A stretch of 64,000 nt of DNA from an uncultured delta proteobacterium (GTDB lineage Bacteria; Desulfobacterota; BSN033; UBA1163), in the NCBI GenBank assembly GCA_963708295.1, contig CAVPSJ010000008.1:192001-256000 (forward strand), given 5' to 3'. The notes beneath the pieces were generated by a model. That model saw nothing but the letters and a program-made list of their open reading frames with translations. It was not told the DNA's origin and searched no databases. Within the stretch, counting starts at the first letter, position 1. Every line of letters starts with the position of its first letter. Position numbers and translations under genes: made by a program. This document shows positions 48,566 to 59,686 of this stretch, piece by piece.

Positions 48566-49915
48566 ATGAGTAGCCCGTTCAATGAAATCAGTCAAACCGA
48601 CGCAGGGACTGCGCATAATGGTTTTATAAAAAGAGCGATGGTGATCGGCGGAGGAATCGCCGGGATCTCTGCGGCGATTGACCTGGGAAATGGCGGGTAT
48701 GAAGTCGTCCTCGTGGAGAAGCTTCCCTCCATCGGAGGCCGGATGCTTCAGCTTTCCGAAACTTTTCCGACCCTCGATTGCGCCCAGTGCACCCTGACTC
48801 CGAAGACCGTCGAGACAGGTCAACATCCTCGCATTAAGCTTCTTACCTATTCCGAGGTGGATCGTGTTCAAGGAAAGGCCGGGGATTTTAGGGTAAGAAT
48901 CCGAAGAAAAGCCGCCTATGTCGACTGGGAGAAATGCACGGGCTGTGGCCTCTGCCAGCAGAAATGCCCTTCCAAGAACCCATCCGAATTTGATCGGGGC
49001 ATGGGATTGGGAAAAGCCATCCATACTCTGTCGCCCCAGGCCGTTCCGAATAAACCTGTCATCAACCCGTCCCAGTGCCGCTACTTCAAAGAGAAGAAAT
49101 GCAGGGTCTGTGAGAAGGTCTGTCCGGTCGGAGCCATTGATTACGAACAGCAGGACCGTTTTGTAGAAGAAAGGGTAGGGGCGATCATTACGGCAGTGGG
49201 CTTTGATTTGATTCCAAAAGAAAATTTCGGGGAGTACGGGTACGGTGACGTTCCGGATGTGATCGATGGCCTTGCCTTCGAGAGGCTCAATTCTGCATCC
49301 GGACCGACGACGGGTGAGATTCGCAGGCCTTCCGACGGCAAGATTCCCAAAGAGGTGGTTTTCATCCAATGTACGGGGTCCAGGGACCCTGACCGTTATA
49401 TGCCTTATTGCTCGCGGGTTTGCTGCATGTATACGGCCAAGCATGCCCGGCTGTATAAGCATAAGGTCCACGACGGACAGGCCTATATCTTTTATATGGA
49501 TATTCGGTCGACAGGAAAAGGGTACGAGGAGTTCATCCAGCAGGGCATGGAAGAAGAAGGGATCCTCTATTTGAGGGGAAGGGTTTCCCGGATCTTTCGA
49601 GATGGAGAGAAGATCGTTGTCTGGGGCGTGGACACATTGACAGGGAAGAAAGTTGAAGTTTCTGCAGATATGGTCGTCCTGGCCACGGCGATTGTTTCTC
49701 AAAGAGATACGAAGGACCTGGCCGGAAAGTTGGGGATCAAGACAGACGAGTATGGTTTCTTGACGGAAGCCGAGAGAAAATTGAGGCCGGTCGAGACTGA
49801 TGTGGAAGGGATTTATATCGCAGGCTGTGCCCAGGGGCCTAAAGACATTGCCGATGCAGTGGCCCACGCCAATGCCGCAGCGAGCAAGGTACAAGGGTTG
49901 TTTGCAAGACACTAG
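48566..49915 (+). CDS. hdrA: Short HdrA-like flavoprotein (no N-terminal domain, no C-terminal ferredoxin)
   Basis: Motifs GGGIAG, TFPTLDCAQC, inserted ferredoxin, QCTGSRD...CSRVCC and GCAQGPKDI. Confidence 0.88.
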   Translation: MSSPFNEISQTDAGTAHNGFIKRAMVIGGGIAGISAAIDLGNGGYEVVLVEKLPSIGGRMLQLSETFPTLDCAQCTLTPKTVETGQHPRIKLLTYSEVDRVQGKAGDFRVRIRRKAAYVDWEKCTGCGLCQQKCPSKNPSEFDRGMGLGKAIHTLSPQAVPNKPVINPSQCRYFKEKKCRVCEKVCPVGAIDYEQQDRFVEERVGAIITAVGFDLIPKENFGEYGYGDVPDVIDGLAFERLNSASGPTTGEIRRPSDGKIPKEVVFIQCTGSRDPDRYMPYCSRVCCMYTAKHARLYKHKVHDGQAYIFYMDIRSTGKGYEEFIQQGMEEEGILYLRGRVSRIFRDGEKIVVWGVDTLTGKKVEVSADMVVLATAIVSQRDTKDLAGKLGIKTDEYGFLTEAERKLRPVETDVEGIYIAGCAQGPKDIADAVAHANAAASKVQGLFARH

Positions 49916-50116
49916 TCAAAGAGGAATGCTAAATCCGAAGCACGAAATCCGAAATTCGAACAAGAATTCGAAACGCGAATGATCAAAACGGGGGAATCGA
50001 TTTGAATTCTGAAATTTGAATTTAGGATTTGTTTCGAGTTGGTCGAACGGACGCTTCGCCGATATTCGAATTTCGGATTTACAGTCATGAGATCGGCGAT
50101 ACATGACCGACGTATC

Positions 50117-52070
50117 ATGAAAAAACTGGGTGTTTTTATCTGCCATTGCGGAGTCAATATCGCCGGGACCGTCGATGTCAAATCGGTCGCCGAAAAGATC
50201 GGTGGGGTCGGAGACGTCGCCCACAGCACCGATTACATCTACATGTGCTCTGAACCAGGACAGCAGATTATCCGAGAAGCTGTTCGCGAAAAAGGCTTGG
50301 GGGGAGTGGTCGTGGCCTGTTGCTCGCCCAACATGCATGAGAATACTTTCCGAAAGGCCGTCAAATCCCAAGGGATGAATCCCTACCTCTGTGAAATTGC
50401 GAATATTCGAGAACAGTGTAGTTGGGTCCATCAGAAGGAGAAAGGGGAAGCGACCCGGAAGGCAGAGGAAATCATTCAGGCCACCCTTGAAAAAGTGAGA
50501 AGAAACGAATCGCTTGGAGGCCATTGCCGTGGCCATTGACCGAAAAGTATTGGTGGTCGGCGGGGGAATTGCCGGAATCACTGCCTCTCTCGATCTTGCG
50601 GAAGGAGGTTATGAGGTCATCCTTGTGGAAAGGGAAGCTGCCCTGGGAGGGCATATGGCCCAATTGTCTAGAACCTTTCCGGACCTCGATCCCGCCTCCC
50701 CTGGAGTCCTCTCAAAGGCATCGGAAGTGGAGAAGCATCCAAAGATCCATCTTCACTGCTATTCTGAATTGGAGGAAGCCAAGGGTTATGTGGGGAATTT
50801 TGAGCTCGTGATCCGCAAGAAAGCGACTTCTGTGGATGGGGAGAAATGTACGGGATGCGGACTCTGCATCGAGCATTGTCCGGCAGAATATGTTTCGGAG
50901 TTTGAGCGGGGGATGGGACTGCGAAAGGCGATAGATATCCAATCCTCTTCAAGTATCCCCCATAAGCCTGTCCTCGATCGTGGCCATTGCCGATATTTCT
51001 TAGACGGGAGCTGTCATCGGTGTGAGGAGATTTGTCCCGAGAAGGCCATCGACCTCGAACAGGAAGATGAAAGGATTTCAGAGAAGGTGGGAGCCATTGT
51101 GGTTGCGACGGGATATGAGCTGTATCCCAGGGAACAACTGGGGGAGTATGGATACGGTCAAATTCCGGATGTGATCGACGGTCTCACCTTCGAGCGAATG
51201 CTTTCCCCCGACGGTCCTACGAAAGGGAAAATCCTTCGGCCTTCTGACGGGAAGGTGCCGAAAGAGATGGTGTTTATCCAGTGTGTGGCTTCGAGGGACC
51301 CAGACCGGTATATGCCCTACTGCTCGAGGGTTTGCTGCATGTACACCGCCAAGCATGCGAAAATCTATAAGGAACAGGTTCCGGACGGGCAGCCCTACAT
51401 TTTCTATATGGATATCCGCTCGGACTGCAAAGGCTACGAGGAATTCCTTCAGAAGACTGTCGAGGAGAAAGGGCTTCTCTACCTCAGGGGGCGTGTCTCC
51501 AAAGTTTTTCAGGACGATGGAAGGGTAAGGGTGCTGGGCGTGGATACGCTGACCGGGAAAATGGTTGAAGTCGCAGCCGATCTGGTCGTCCTGGCTACAG
51601 CCATTGTTCCGAGCAAAGGAGTAAAAGATCTGGCTGCCAAACTGAGGGCGACCGTGGATCGGCATGGTTTCTTGACAGAGGCCCATATCAAGCTCTATCC
51701 TGTCGAAAGCTCGACCAAAGGGATCTACCTTGCAGGGTGTGGACAGAGTCCCAAAGATATTTCAGACACGGTTTCTCAGGCCTCGGCGACGGCAAGTAAA
51801 ATTCAGGCTTTGCTCTCCGCGGACAAACTTCTTCAAGATCCTTTGATCGCTTTTGTCGACGAGGGAGTTTGCAGCGGATGCGGAATCTGCGTAGAAATCT
51901 GTCCCTATGAAGCCAGAGAGATGGACCCTCGTCGCGGGATTTCGATTGTCCACAGTGCGCTCTGTCAGGGATGCGGAGCTTGCATTGCCTCTTGTCCTAA
52001 TAATGCCTGCGAGTTGAGGAATGGATCGGCAAACCAGGTTCTTCGGGTGGTCGATGCGTTTGTAGCTTAA
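50117..52070 (+). CDS. hdrA: Full-length HdrA-like flavoprotein; frameshift near 50515
   Basis: GVFICHCG, ACCSP and NIREQC, then GGGIAG, CSRVCC and a C-terminal 2x[4Fe-4S] in the next frame. Confidence 0.88.
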
Positions 52071-52126
52071 AGAACCGCTGTGTGCATAGCGCTAAGCGCA
52101 TCGCGTCTTTTATAATTAAGGAGGAC

Positions 52127-52693
52127 ATGAAATTGGAGACCATGGCCAGGACGGGAAGAGCGGAATCTTCTTTCTTAGAAGCGGTGAAACAGAAGAGCGG
52201 GGAGGATCTGAGCCTCTGCTATCAGTGTTTGAAGTGTACCGCAGGGTGCCCGACTGCGCCTTATATGGATATCCGGCCCAACAGCATCATCCGGATGATC
52301 CAGATGGGGATGAAGAAAGAAGTCCTGGGAAGCAGCGCCATCTGGTTTTGCGTTTACTGTCAGACCTGCGGGACCCGCTGTCCAAATAAGATCCACATTG
52401 GAATCCTGATGGATGCCTTAAGGGAGATGGCCGTCGAAGAGGGGGTCCCGGCGAAAGAGAAGAATATCCATCTTTTCCATGAGGCCTTTATTCAAAGCGT
52501 CCGAAGAGGGGGAAGGGCTCATGAGGTCACCATGTTGATGGACTATGTGCTCAGGAGCAGAGACTTAATGACAGGTTCCCTGATTCCGGGCGTCAAGCTC
52601 TTTTTGAAGGGTAAATTCCCTTTGTTCCCCAGCTTTATCAAGGGTAGGCAGGAGATCAAGAGGATTTTTGAGAAATGCACAAAAGAGAAGTAG
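52127..52693 (+). CDS. hdrC: Heterodisulfide reductase subunit C (second copy)
   Basis: CYQCLKCTAGCP and WFCVYCQTCGTRCP. Confidence 0.9.
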   Translation: MKLETMARTGRAESSFLEAVKQKSGEDLSLCYQCLKCTAGCPTAPYMDIRPNSIIRMIQMGMKKEVLGSSAIWFCVYCQTCGTRCPNKIHIGILMDALREMAVEEGVPAKEKNIHLFHEAFIQSVRRGGRAHEVTMLMDYVLRSRDLMTGSLIPGVKLFLKGKFPLFPSFIKGRQEIKRIFEKCTKEK

Positions 52694-52809
52694 AAAGTGT
52701 CTAAGGTGACTAAAATGCCTAAAGTGCCTAGAGAGGAATAGAAAATCATCAACTTTAGACACTTCGAACTTTGGGTCACTTTGCACTCTGAGATTTTTGG
52801 AGGTTTAGG

Positions 52810-53655
52810 ATGAAGTTCTCTTATTTTCCGGGGTGTACGGATCATTCCTCATCTTTAGAGTATGGATTGTCGACCCATGAGGTTTTTAAGACCCTGGGGG
52901 TGGAGTTGGTAGAGATCGAGGATTGGAACTGTTGCGGAGCGGCAGCAACCCACAGTCTCAACCGTCCCCTTTCTCTTTGTCTTCCAGCCAGGAATATCTC
53001 CAAGGCGCAGTCTGCGAAGGCAGGGCCTCTGGTCGTTCCCTGTGCCGGGTGTTTCAGCTCTCTGAAAAGGGTGGAGGATGTCCTTAAGAATGATGAGGCG
53101 GAGCGAAAGGAGATAGAAGAGATCGTCGGGTTTACCTACGAGCCCTCTCTTGAAATTTTGGCTTTGATGGATGTCATCCTGAATCGAATTGGCTTGGAAA
53201 AAGTCCAGGAAAAGGTGAAGAAACGTTTAAATGGATTGAAGGCTGCTTGTTATTACGGGTGTGCCTTGGTTCGACATCCGAAAATCACCCGGTTGGATGA
53301 TCCGGAGAACCCCCAATACCTGGACCGGTTGGTGGCGTCCCTGGGCGCTCAGCCGGTGGAGTGGTCCTATAAAGTGGACTGTTGTGGTGCGGACCTGGCC
53401 ATGACTTATGGCAAGGTGGTCAATAACCTGGTGGGGAAAATTGTGTCCATGGCCAAAGAGGCAGGGGCTCAATGCATCGTCACCTCCTGCGGCCTCTGCC
53501 AGATGAATCTGGAGATGAGGCAGGACCAGGGTCTCCCCATTTTTTACTTTACGGAATTGATGGGAGTGGCCTTTGATGTTGACAAGAAAGAGAACTGGTG
53601 GAAGAAACATTTGATTTCACCCAAGGGACTGTTGGAATCGTTAGGTTTGGCTTAA
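52810..53655 (+). CDS. hdrB: Heterodisulfide reductase subunit B (second copy)
   Basis: FPGC/WNCCG/CAGC and YYGC/DCCG/CGLC. Confidence 0.92.
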   Translation: MKFSYFPGCTDHSSSLEYGLSTHEVFKTLGVELVEIEDWNCCGAAATHSLNRPLSLCLPARNISKAQSAKAGPLVVPCAGCFSSLKRVEDVLKNDEAERKEIEEIVGFTYEPSLEILALMDVILNRIGLEKVQEKVKKRLNGLKAACYYGCALVRHPKITRLDDPENPQYLDRLVASLGAQPVEWSYKVDCCGADLAMTYGKVVNNLVGKIVSMAKEAGAQCIVTSCGLCQMNLEMRQDQGLPIFYFTELMGVAFDVDKKENWWKKHLISPKGLLESLGLA

Positions 53656-53849
53656 AGGACGCAGTAACTCTTCGAGTAAAATGGTTGAGGAGATGATAAA
53701 TCCGAAGCACGAAATCCGAAATCCGAAACAAATTCAAATGGCCGAAACAAAAGAGTTGGGGCCTTCGTCTTGAAAATTGGATCATTTGAATTTTGGATTT
53801 GTTTCGGGTTTCGATATTCGAAATTCGAATTTTAGAACAGAGGACAACA

Positions 53850-56800
53850 ATGGGACAGGGCAAGACGAGAGGTGATAAATCATCGGCGTTGGTGATCGGT
53901 GCGGGCATTGCCGGAATGCAATCCGCACTTCTCTTGGCAGAGATGGGAACGAAGGTTTTCCTCTTAGAGCAGGGACCGGCGATCGGTGGTTATTTCCCGC
54001 TGTTGGATAAGACCTTTCCTACCAACTCCTGTGGCGTCTGCTTCATGAGCCCCACGCCTCCCGCCTTCTGCCCGATTTATGAATGTCATCTTCATGACAA
54101 TATCGAATTGCTGCCCTATTCAGAAGCGGTAAAGGTGGAGGGAAAGGGTGGAGATTTCAATGTCGCCGTCGTCCGGAAGCCCCGATTCGTCGAACCCAAA
54201 CGCTGCACCCTTTGTGAGGCTTGTGTCAAGGTTTGTCCCGTCGAGGTGGAGAGAGAATTTGGCGGTGGCCTGGAGAAACGAAAGGCGATCTACCTTCCCT
54301 ATCCGCAAGCCATCCCCCACAGCTTCGTGATTGATCCGAAAACCTGTACCCGGTGCGGAGAATGCGTGAAGGTCTGCAGCCCGGGGGCCATCGATCTCAA
54401 TATGAAGGAAGAACATGAAACCATCGAGGCTGGAACCATCCTTTTGGGGTACGGGTTTGAACCCTTTGTCGCCCAGAGAAAAGGGGAATATGGTTTTGGC
54501 AGATACGAGAATGTGATGACGAGCATTCAGTTTGAGAGATTGCTCTCCACTTCGAGTCCGACGCAGGGGTTGCCCATTCGGGTTTCCGATGGGAAAAAGA
54601 TGGAGAGGATTGCATTTATTCAGTGCGTGGGATCCAGGGATCCCTCCTGCGGCCAGGATCACTGTTCCACCATTTGCTGCATGTATGCGACCAAACAGGC
54701 CATGATTGCCAAGGACAGGTCCCCCGGTCTGGGAGTGACCTTCTTCTACATGGATATACGCCCGATGGGGAAAGATTACGAACGCTATTATGAGAGGGCA
54801 AAGGCCGAGTACGGGATTGAATATATCCGGAGTGCCATCTCCTCGATCAAAGAACTTCAGCAGACGAAGAATCTTGCGATCACCCATATCAAAGAGGACG
54901 GAACCTTTGAAGAGAGAGAATTCGATGCGGTCGTCCTTTCCGTGGGTTTTACCCCGCCGCAGTCGATAAAGGATTCAGCCCAGAGAATGGGTCTTCGATT
55001 GAATCCGCAAGGGTTTTGCCAGACGGACGAGTTTACTCCGGCTCATACCTCCGTCAGCGGAATTTTTGTGGGAGGGGCATTTCGGGGCCCCAGAGATATC
55101 CCTGAGACGGTTGTCGAAGGATCGAGTGCTGCAGCATCGGCTGCATCCTTTCTCTTCCCCAATCGCCTTCCTCAGCCTCTCAAAGAGTATCCCACGGAAG
55201 GGGCTCTGGGCGACGAGATTCCAAAAATAGGAGTTTTCCTCTGCCATTGTGGGGAAGAGTTGAAAAAAAGCCTGTCCATCTCCGACCTCGTTACCGGGGC
55301 AAGGCAGCTGAGAGAGGTGGTCCATGTTGAAGAGGTCGGTTTGGCTTGCCTTCCGGAAGACTTGGATCTCATCAAGAAGAGGATTGGGGAACAGGGTCTC
55401 AACCGGATCGTGATCGCAGGTTGTTCCCACCGGGAGATTCGGGGAGCCATGGAGGAGATGGCGAAAGGAATGGGTTTCAACCCTTACCTTATCGAATATG
55501 CGAACATCAGAGAACAATGTGCCTTTGTCCATTTAGATCATCCCAAATTGGCCACAGAGAAGGCGATGGCTCTCATCAGGATGGCTGTGGAAAAGGCGAA
55601 GCGATCTCAGCCCATTCGAAAAGGGAAGCAGAAGATCGAAAAGAAAGGGTTGGTGGTGGGTGGAGGGCTCGCCGGCATGACGGCGTCCGTGCAGCTGGCT
55701 CGGCAGGGATACGAGGTTCATTTGGTCGAGAAAGAAAAGGAGCTGGGAGGGAACTTAAAGGAATCCTTTTATACGTTGAAGGGATCCAATCCTCAAGACC
55801 TTTTGAGCAGACTCATCAAAGAGGTGGAAGGTAATGAATCCATCCACCTCTATTCCGAGACGGAGGTTCTTGGATTCGGAAAGAAGAATGGGCACTATCA
55901 AACGAAAATTCGTCAAGGCGGTGAGGAAAAGATCATTGACCACGGGGCGCTCATCCTTGCCACCGGCGGGAAAGAAGTGATGCCAAAGGAATACCTTTAC
56001 GGAGAAGATTCCCGGGTGATCACCCAAAGACAACTGGAGAGGATGATCCATTCGGATGATAAAAGTTTAAAAGATATTCATTCGCTGGTGATGATTCAGT
56101 GTGTCGGCTCCAGGGATGAAGACCATCCCTATTGCAGTCGCATTTGTTGCGGCCATGCCGTGAAGAATGCTTTGAAGCTAAAGGGAAAAGATCCGGGGAT
56201 GAATATCTATGTGCTCTACCGCGATGTGAGGACCTACGGGTTTTACGAGACCTATTACCACGAGGCAAGAGAGAAGGGTGTGATTTTCATTCGATACGAC
56301 CTGGAGAATAAGCCGAAGGCTGCCGTCCACGAGGGAAGCCTCCAGGTCTCCCTGTTCGATCCTGCGATGAGTCGTCCGATCGCCCTTCCGGCCGATCGAA
56401 TCGTACTGAGCACCGGTATTGAACCCCATGACCATCAGGATCTGGCGAGGATTTTCGATGTGGATCTGAATCCGGATGGTTTTTTCAAGGAGGCCAATCC
56501 CAAATCGGCTCCGCTTGATTCGGTGGACCATGGAAAATTCTTCTGCGGCCTCTGCCATTCGCCAAATTTTATCGAAGATACCATCTCCCAGGGGAACGCC
56601 GCTGCTGCCAGGGCGGGCGCACTTCTGTCCAAGGAGGCGGTGGAGGAGAAGGCCTATTTAGCCTACGTGGTGAAAAGGCTCTGCTGCGGTTGTGGCCTCT
56701 GCGTTACCGTATGTCCTTATGGGGCAAGGGTCCTCAATGAAGAGGAAGGCAAGGCTGAAGTGACGGGGTCGCTCTGTCAGGGATGCGGTTCCTGCGTCAT

Positions 56801-56882
56801 CGCTTGCCGGAATGGAGCCTCCCAGCAGCGAAACTTTGAAAAAGATTTGAATCTGGCTGCTCTCGACGCGGTCATCGACTGA
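53850..56882 (+). CDS. hdrA: Tandem-fused double HdrA (~1010 aa)
   Basis: Two FAD domains (GAGIAG, GGGLAG), two QCVGSRD..C..ICC motifs, internal GVFLCHCG domain and C-terminal ferredoxin. Confidence 0.88.
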   Translation: MGQGKTRGDKSSALVIGAGIAGMQSALLLAEMGTKVFLLEQGPAIGGYFPLLDKTFPTNSCGVCFMSPTPPAFCPIYECHLHDNIELLPYSEAVKVEGKGGDFNVAVVRKPRFVEPKRCTLCEACVKVCPVEVEREFGGGLEKRKAIYLPYPQAIPHSFVIDPKTCTRCGECVKVCSPGAIDLNMKEEHETIEAGTILLGYGFEPFVAQRKGEYGFGRYENVMTSIQFERLLSTSSPTQGLPIRVSDGKKMERIAFIQCVGSRDPSCGQDHCSTICCMYATKQAMIAKDRSPGLGVTFFYMDIRPMGKDYERYYERAKAEYGIEYIRSAISSIKELQQTKNLAITHIKEDGTFEEREFDAVVLSVGFTPPQSIKDSAQRMGLRLNPQGFCQTDEFTPAHTSVSGIFVGGAFRGPRDIPETVVEGSSAAASAASFLFPNRLPQPLKEYPTEGALGDEIPKIGVFLCHCGEELKKSLSISDLVTGARQLREVVHVEEVGLACLPEDLDLIKKRIGEQGLNRIVIAGCSHREIRGAMEEMAKGMGFNPYLIEYANIREQCAFVHLDHPKLATEKAMALIRMAVEKAKRSQPIRKGKQKIEKKGLVVGGGLAGMTASVQLARQGYEVHLVEKEKELGGNLKESFYTLKGSNPQDLLSRLIKEVEGNESIHLYSETEVLGFGKKNGHYQTKIRQGGEEKIIDHGALILATGGKEVMPKEYLYGEDSRVITQRQLERMIHSDDKSLKDIHSLVMIQCVGSRDEDHPYCSRICCGHAVKNALKLKGKDPGMNIYVLYRDVRTYGFYETYYHEAREKGVIFIRYDLENKPKAAVHEGSLQVSLFDPAMSRPIALPADRIVLSTGIEPHDHQDLARIFDVDLNPDGFFKEANPKSAPLDSVDHGKFFCGLCHSPNFIEDTISQGNAAAARAGALLSKEAVEEKAYLAYVVKRLCCGCGLCVTVCPYGARVLNEEEGKAEVTGSLCQGCGSCVIACRNGASQQRNFEKDLNLAALDAVID

Positions 56883-57014
56883 AAGCTCGCATAGCGCAGA
56901 GCGCATGGGGCATAGCGTAACCTCAAACAGTAAAGCAATTCTTGGGAATAAGTTCTTATACTTTATGCGCTTTGCTCATTACTCCATGCGATCATTTGAA
57001 ACAGGAGGTAGGAC

Positions 57015-57437
57015 ATGGCTGAATTTGAACCGAGGATTGTCGCCTTTTTATGCCACTGGTGCACTTATACGGGAGCGGACCTCGCCGGGACAACGCGACA
57101 GCAGTATCCCCCCAATATCCGGGTGATCCATTTGATGTGCTCGGGAGCCGTGGACTCCATCTACGTGCTGAAAGCCTTGATTGACGGGGCGGATGGCGTG
57201 TTGATCGGCGGTTGCCATCCTGGAGACTGTCATTATCAGACCGGAAATTTTAAGGCCCGGAGAAGGGTTGCCATTCTGAAAGGTATCCTTCAACAGATGG
57301 GGTATACGGATGATCGAGTTTGGCTCAAATGGATCAGCGCAAGCGAAGGAAAACTGTTTGCTGACACAGTGACCAAAATGGTGGATGATTTAAAGAAGAT
57401 GGGTCCAAACCCGATGAAACAACTCTGGAATGCTTAG
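57015..57437 (+). CDS. mvhD: MvhD/FlpD [2Fe-2S] subunit
   Basis: Motifs AFLCHWCTY.GAD.AG, MCSG, GCHPGDCHY and WISASEG. Confidence 0.93.
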   Translation: MAEFEPRIVAFLCHWCTYTGADLAGTTRQQYPPNIRVIHLMCSGAVDSIYVLKALIDGADGVLIGGCHPGDCHYQTGNFKARRRVAILKGILQQMGYTDDRVWLKWISASEGKLFADTVTKMVDDLKKMGPNPMKQLWNA

Positions 57438-57548
57438 GGAAAGTGTCGGTGTCAGTGCCGGTGTCAGTTATTTGCTCTTGTGAATTACTGACACAAACCA
57501 CTCACACCGTCACTGGTTTTATTAACAGGGAAAGGAGAAGGACCGGAC

Positions 57549-58697
57549 ATGGCGAAGAAGGCAACGGTGAAAGTGATCGACGGGAAAACCGATGAGGCGA
57601 TCATCGGCTTTTTGAAATCCTTTCTGAAAGAGGGAGTTGTCGAGGCGATTCTGATGCCCAAACCCCTCCCCTCACAGGATGGATTCGTGCAAACATTGAT
57701 ACGAGATCCGGAAAAAATGAATGGAGCGTGCGTCCTATCACTCACCATGCCCGTTCAGTCTGCGAGGGTCATCTCCAATCTCAGCGTTAAGAATCTGGGG
57801 AAGAAAGTCGCCGTCGTATTAAAAGCATGTGAGATACGGGCCGCTGTCGAATTGGCAAAATTTCTCCAGGTCAAACTGGACAATGTCAGTTTTATCGGCG
57901 TCGATTGTCCTGGAACCTTTGAGGTGACCGATTATGCGAAGATGGCGCAGGAAGGAAAAGGGGGAGAGTCCCTGACAAAAGCACTGCTTCAGGGTATGGA
58001 GAAGGGTGAGATCTCACCGCCTTCCGGGTATGCGTTCCGGACCGCTTGTCAGATGTGTGAATATCCTGTCCCTGAGGCGGATATTCGTCTGAAACTTTTT
58101 GGTTACAAGGGAGACCAGGAGATCGGCATTGAGATCGGGGAGAAATTGGAAAAGGAGATCGAAGGGAAGGGGATCTTTTCATTTATAGAAAGCGAACCGG
58201 CTTCGAGGAACGAGGCGGTAAATAAAGTCATCGCAGAGAGGACGAAGAAGCGAGATGCCCTTTTTCAGGAATTCAAAGGTATGACGAAAGATCTTCAAGC
58301 TTTTTTGGATCGTTTTTCCACCTGTATCCGGTGCCACAACTGCATGGTGGCCTGCCCGATTTGCTACTGTAAGGAGTGCGTGTTCAGGACAGCGGTCTTT
58401 GAGCATGACGGAGACCAATTCCTAAGGTGGGCCGATCGAAAGGGTGGCATCCGAATGCCGACGGATACGCTCATCTTCCATCTCATCCGGATGTCACATA
58501 TGGTGACTTCCTGTATTGGCTGCGGGCTTTGTGACAGCGCCTGTCCGAGCCGATTGCCTGTCGCCACACTCTTTCGAAGCGTGGGAGACAAAATTCAAAA
58601 GATGTTCAACTATGTTCCGGGAAAAGACGTAAAAGAGATGCCCCCGGTGGCCACCTTCAAAGAGGATGAATTAAAGATTGAATCGGGAGCTCTTTGA
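57549..58697 (+). CDS. FrhB/FdhB-like Fe-S protein
   Basis: Motifs LKACEIRA, GVDC.G, RTACQMC, CIRCHNCMVACPICYCKEC and CIGCGLCDSACP. Confidence 0.8.
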   Translation: MAKKATVKVIDGKTDEAIIGFLKSFLKEGVVEAILMPKPLPSQDGFVQTLIRDPEKMNGACVLSLTMPVQSARVISNLSVKNLGKKVAVVLKACEIRAAVELAKFLQVKLDNVSFIGVDCPGTFEVTDYAKMAQEGKGGESLTKALLQGMEKGEISPPSGYAFRTACQMCEYPVPEADIRLKLFGYKGDQEIGIEIGEKLEKEIEGKGIFSFIESEPASRNEAVNKVIAERTKKRDALFQEFKGMTKDLQAFLDRFSTCIRCHNCMVACPICYCKECVFRTAVFEHDGDQFLRWADRKGGIRMPTDTLIFHLIRMSHMVTSCIGCGLCDSACPSRLPVATLFRSVGDKIQKMFNYVPGKDVKEMPPVATFKEDELKIESGAL

Positions 58698-58945
58698 CCC
58701 ATGAAATCCGAAGCACAAAATTCGGGCGAAGCATTCGAAGGGATTCAATCCCAAACAAACATGTTAAATCCTAAACTCGAAACCCTAAACTCTAAGCAAA
58801 CTCAAATGCCCAAAGCTCAAAACAGAAAACATTTCCTTTTTGAGTTTTGAATCTCGGATTTGTTTAGGATTTAGAGTTTAGTGTTTAGAGTTTAAACAAC
58901 GTCGAGTTTCGAGTTTTTGAGACATTTGGAATCCAGGAGGAGTAA

Positions 58946-59686
58946 ATGGAAGCGCAAGAGATGAAGGAAAAAGAACTGGTTCCTATTTTCATCATGGGAA
59001 AGCGGTATGAAGTCCCTTCCTCCCTCACTATTCAAAAGGCATTGGAGTATGCCGGATATCAATTGGTCCGGGGATGCGGATGCCGGGGAGGGATATGCGG
59101 GGCCTGCGGGACGGTCTACCGGTTTCCAGGGAGTTATAAGATTGAAGTTGGGCTGGCTTGTCAGACCATGGTTCAGCCCAACATGTATCTGACGCAAATC
59201 CCATTCTTTCCGGCCACAAAAAACGTTTACGACATCGAGAAGATAAAACCTACCATCGAGACACTGATGAAGGCCTATCCCGAATTGTTGAGATGTCTCC
59301 AGTGTAACACGTGCACCAAGTCCTGCCCGATGGATATCGAGGTCATGGATTATATGGCCGCGGCGATGAGGGGAGACGTGACACGCTTAGCGGAGCTCTC
59401 GTTTGACTGTGTAATGTGTGGCCTCTGCACGTCTCGCTGTCCTGCCGAGATTTGTCAATACAATATCGCCATTCTCGGAAGAAGGCTTTATGCCAAATAT
59501 GTGGCCCCGAAGGCCGAGCACCTGGCTGCCATGGTGAAAAGGGTTGAAGCGGGTAGATATGACCCTATGTTAAAGGAATTGATGAATACGGATGAGGAGA
59601 CCTTAAAGGAACTGTATACGGCGAGAGAGGTTGAACCGGAACAGGCTGACGAGTATTGGACCCCGAAAGATAAAACGTACCTATAA
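58946..59686 (+). CDS. SdhB/FrdB-like Fe-S subunit
   Basis: [2Fe-2S] motif GCGCRGGICGAC...LAC, plus CLQCNTCTKSCP and CVMCGLCTSRCP. Confidence 0.8.
   Translation: MEAQEMKEKELVPIFIMGKRYEVPSSLTIQKALEYAGYQLVRGCGCRGGICGACGTVYRFPGSYKIEVGLACQTMVQPNMYLTQIPFFPATKNVYDIEKIKPTIETLMKAYPELLRCLQCNTCTKSCPMDIEVMDYMAAAMRGDVTRLAELSFDCVMCGLCTSRCPAEICQYNIAILGRRLYAKYVAPKAEHLAAMVKRVEAGRYDPMLKELMNTDEETLKELYTAREVEPEQADEYWTPKDKTYL

Noticed and set aside
48389-49912. 507-aa antisense ORF and other long shadow ORFs (e.g. 36909-37850, 62796-63827)
   Set aside because: They lie opposite well-supported genes, have no recognisable motifs, and are expected from codon bias.
48566-57437. Selenocysteine recoding in HdrA or MvhD
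   Set aside because: The usual Sec positions read Cys (DCAQC, SCGVC, CHWC, GCHPGDCHY); the hdrA-2 break is a frameshift, not an in-frame TGA at a Cys site.
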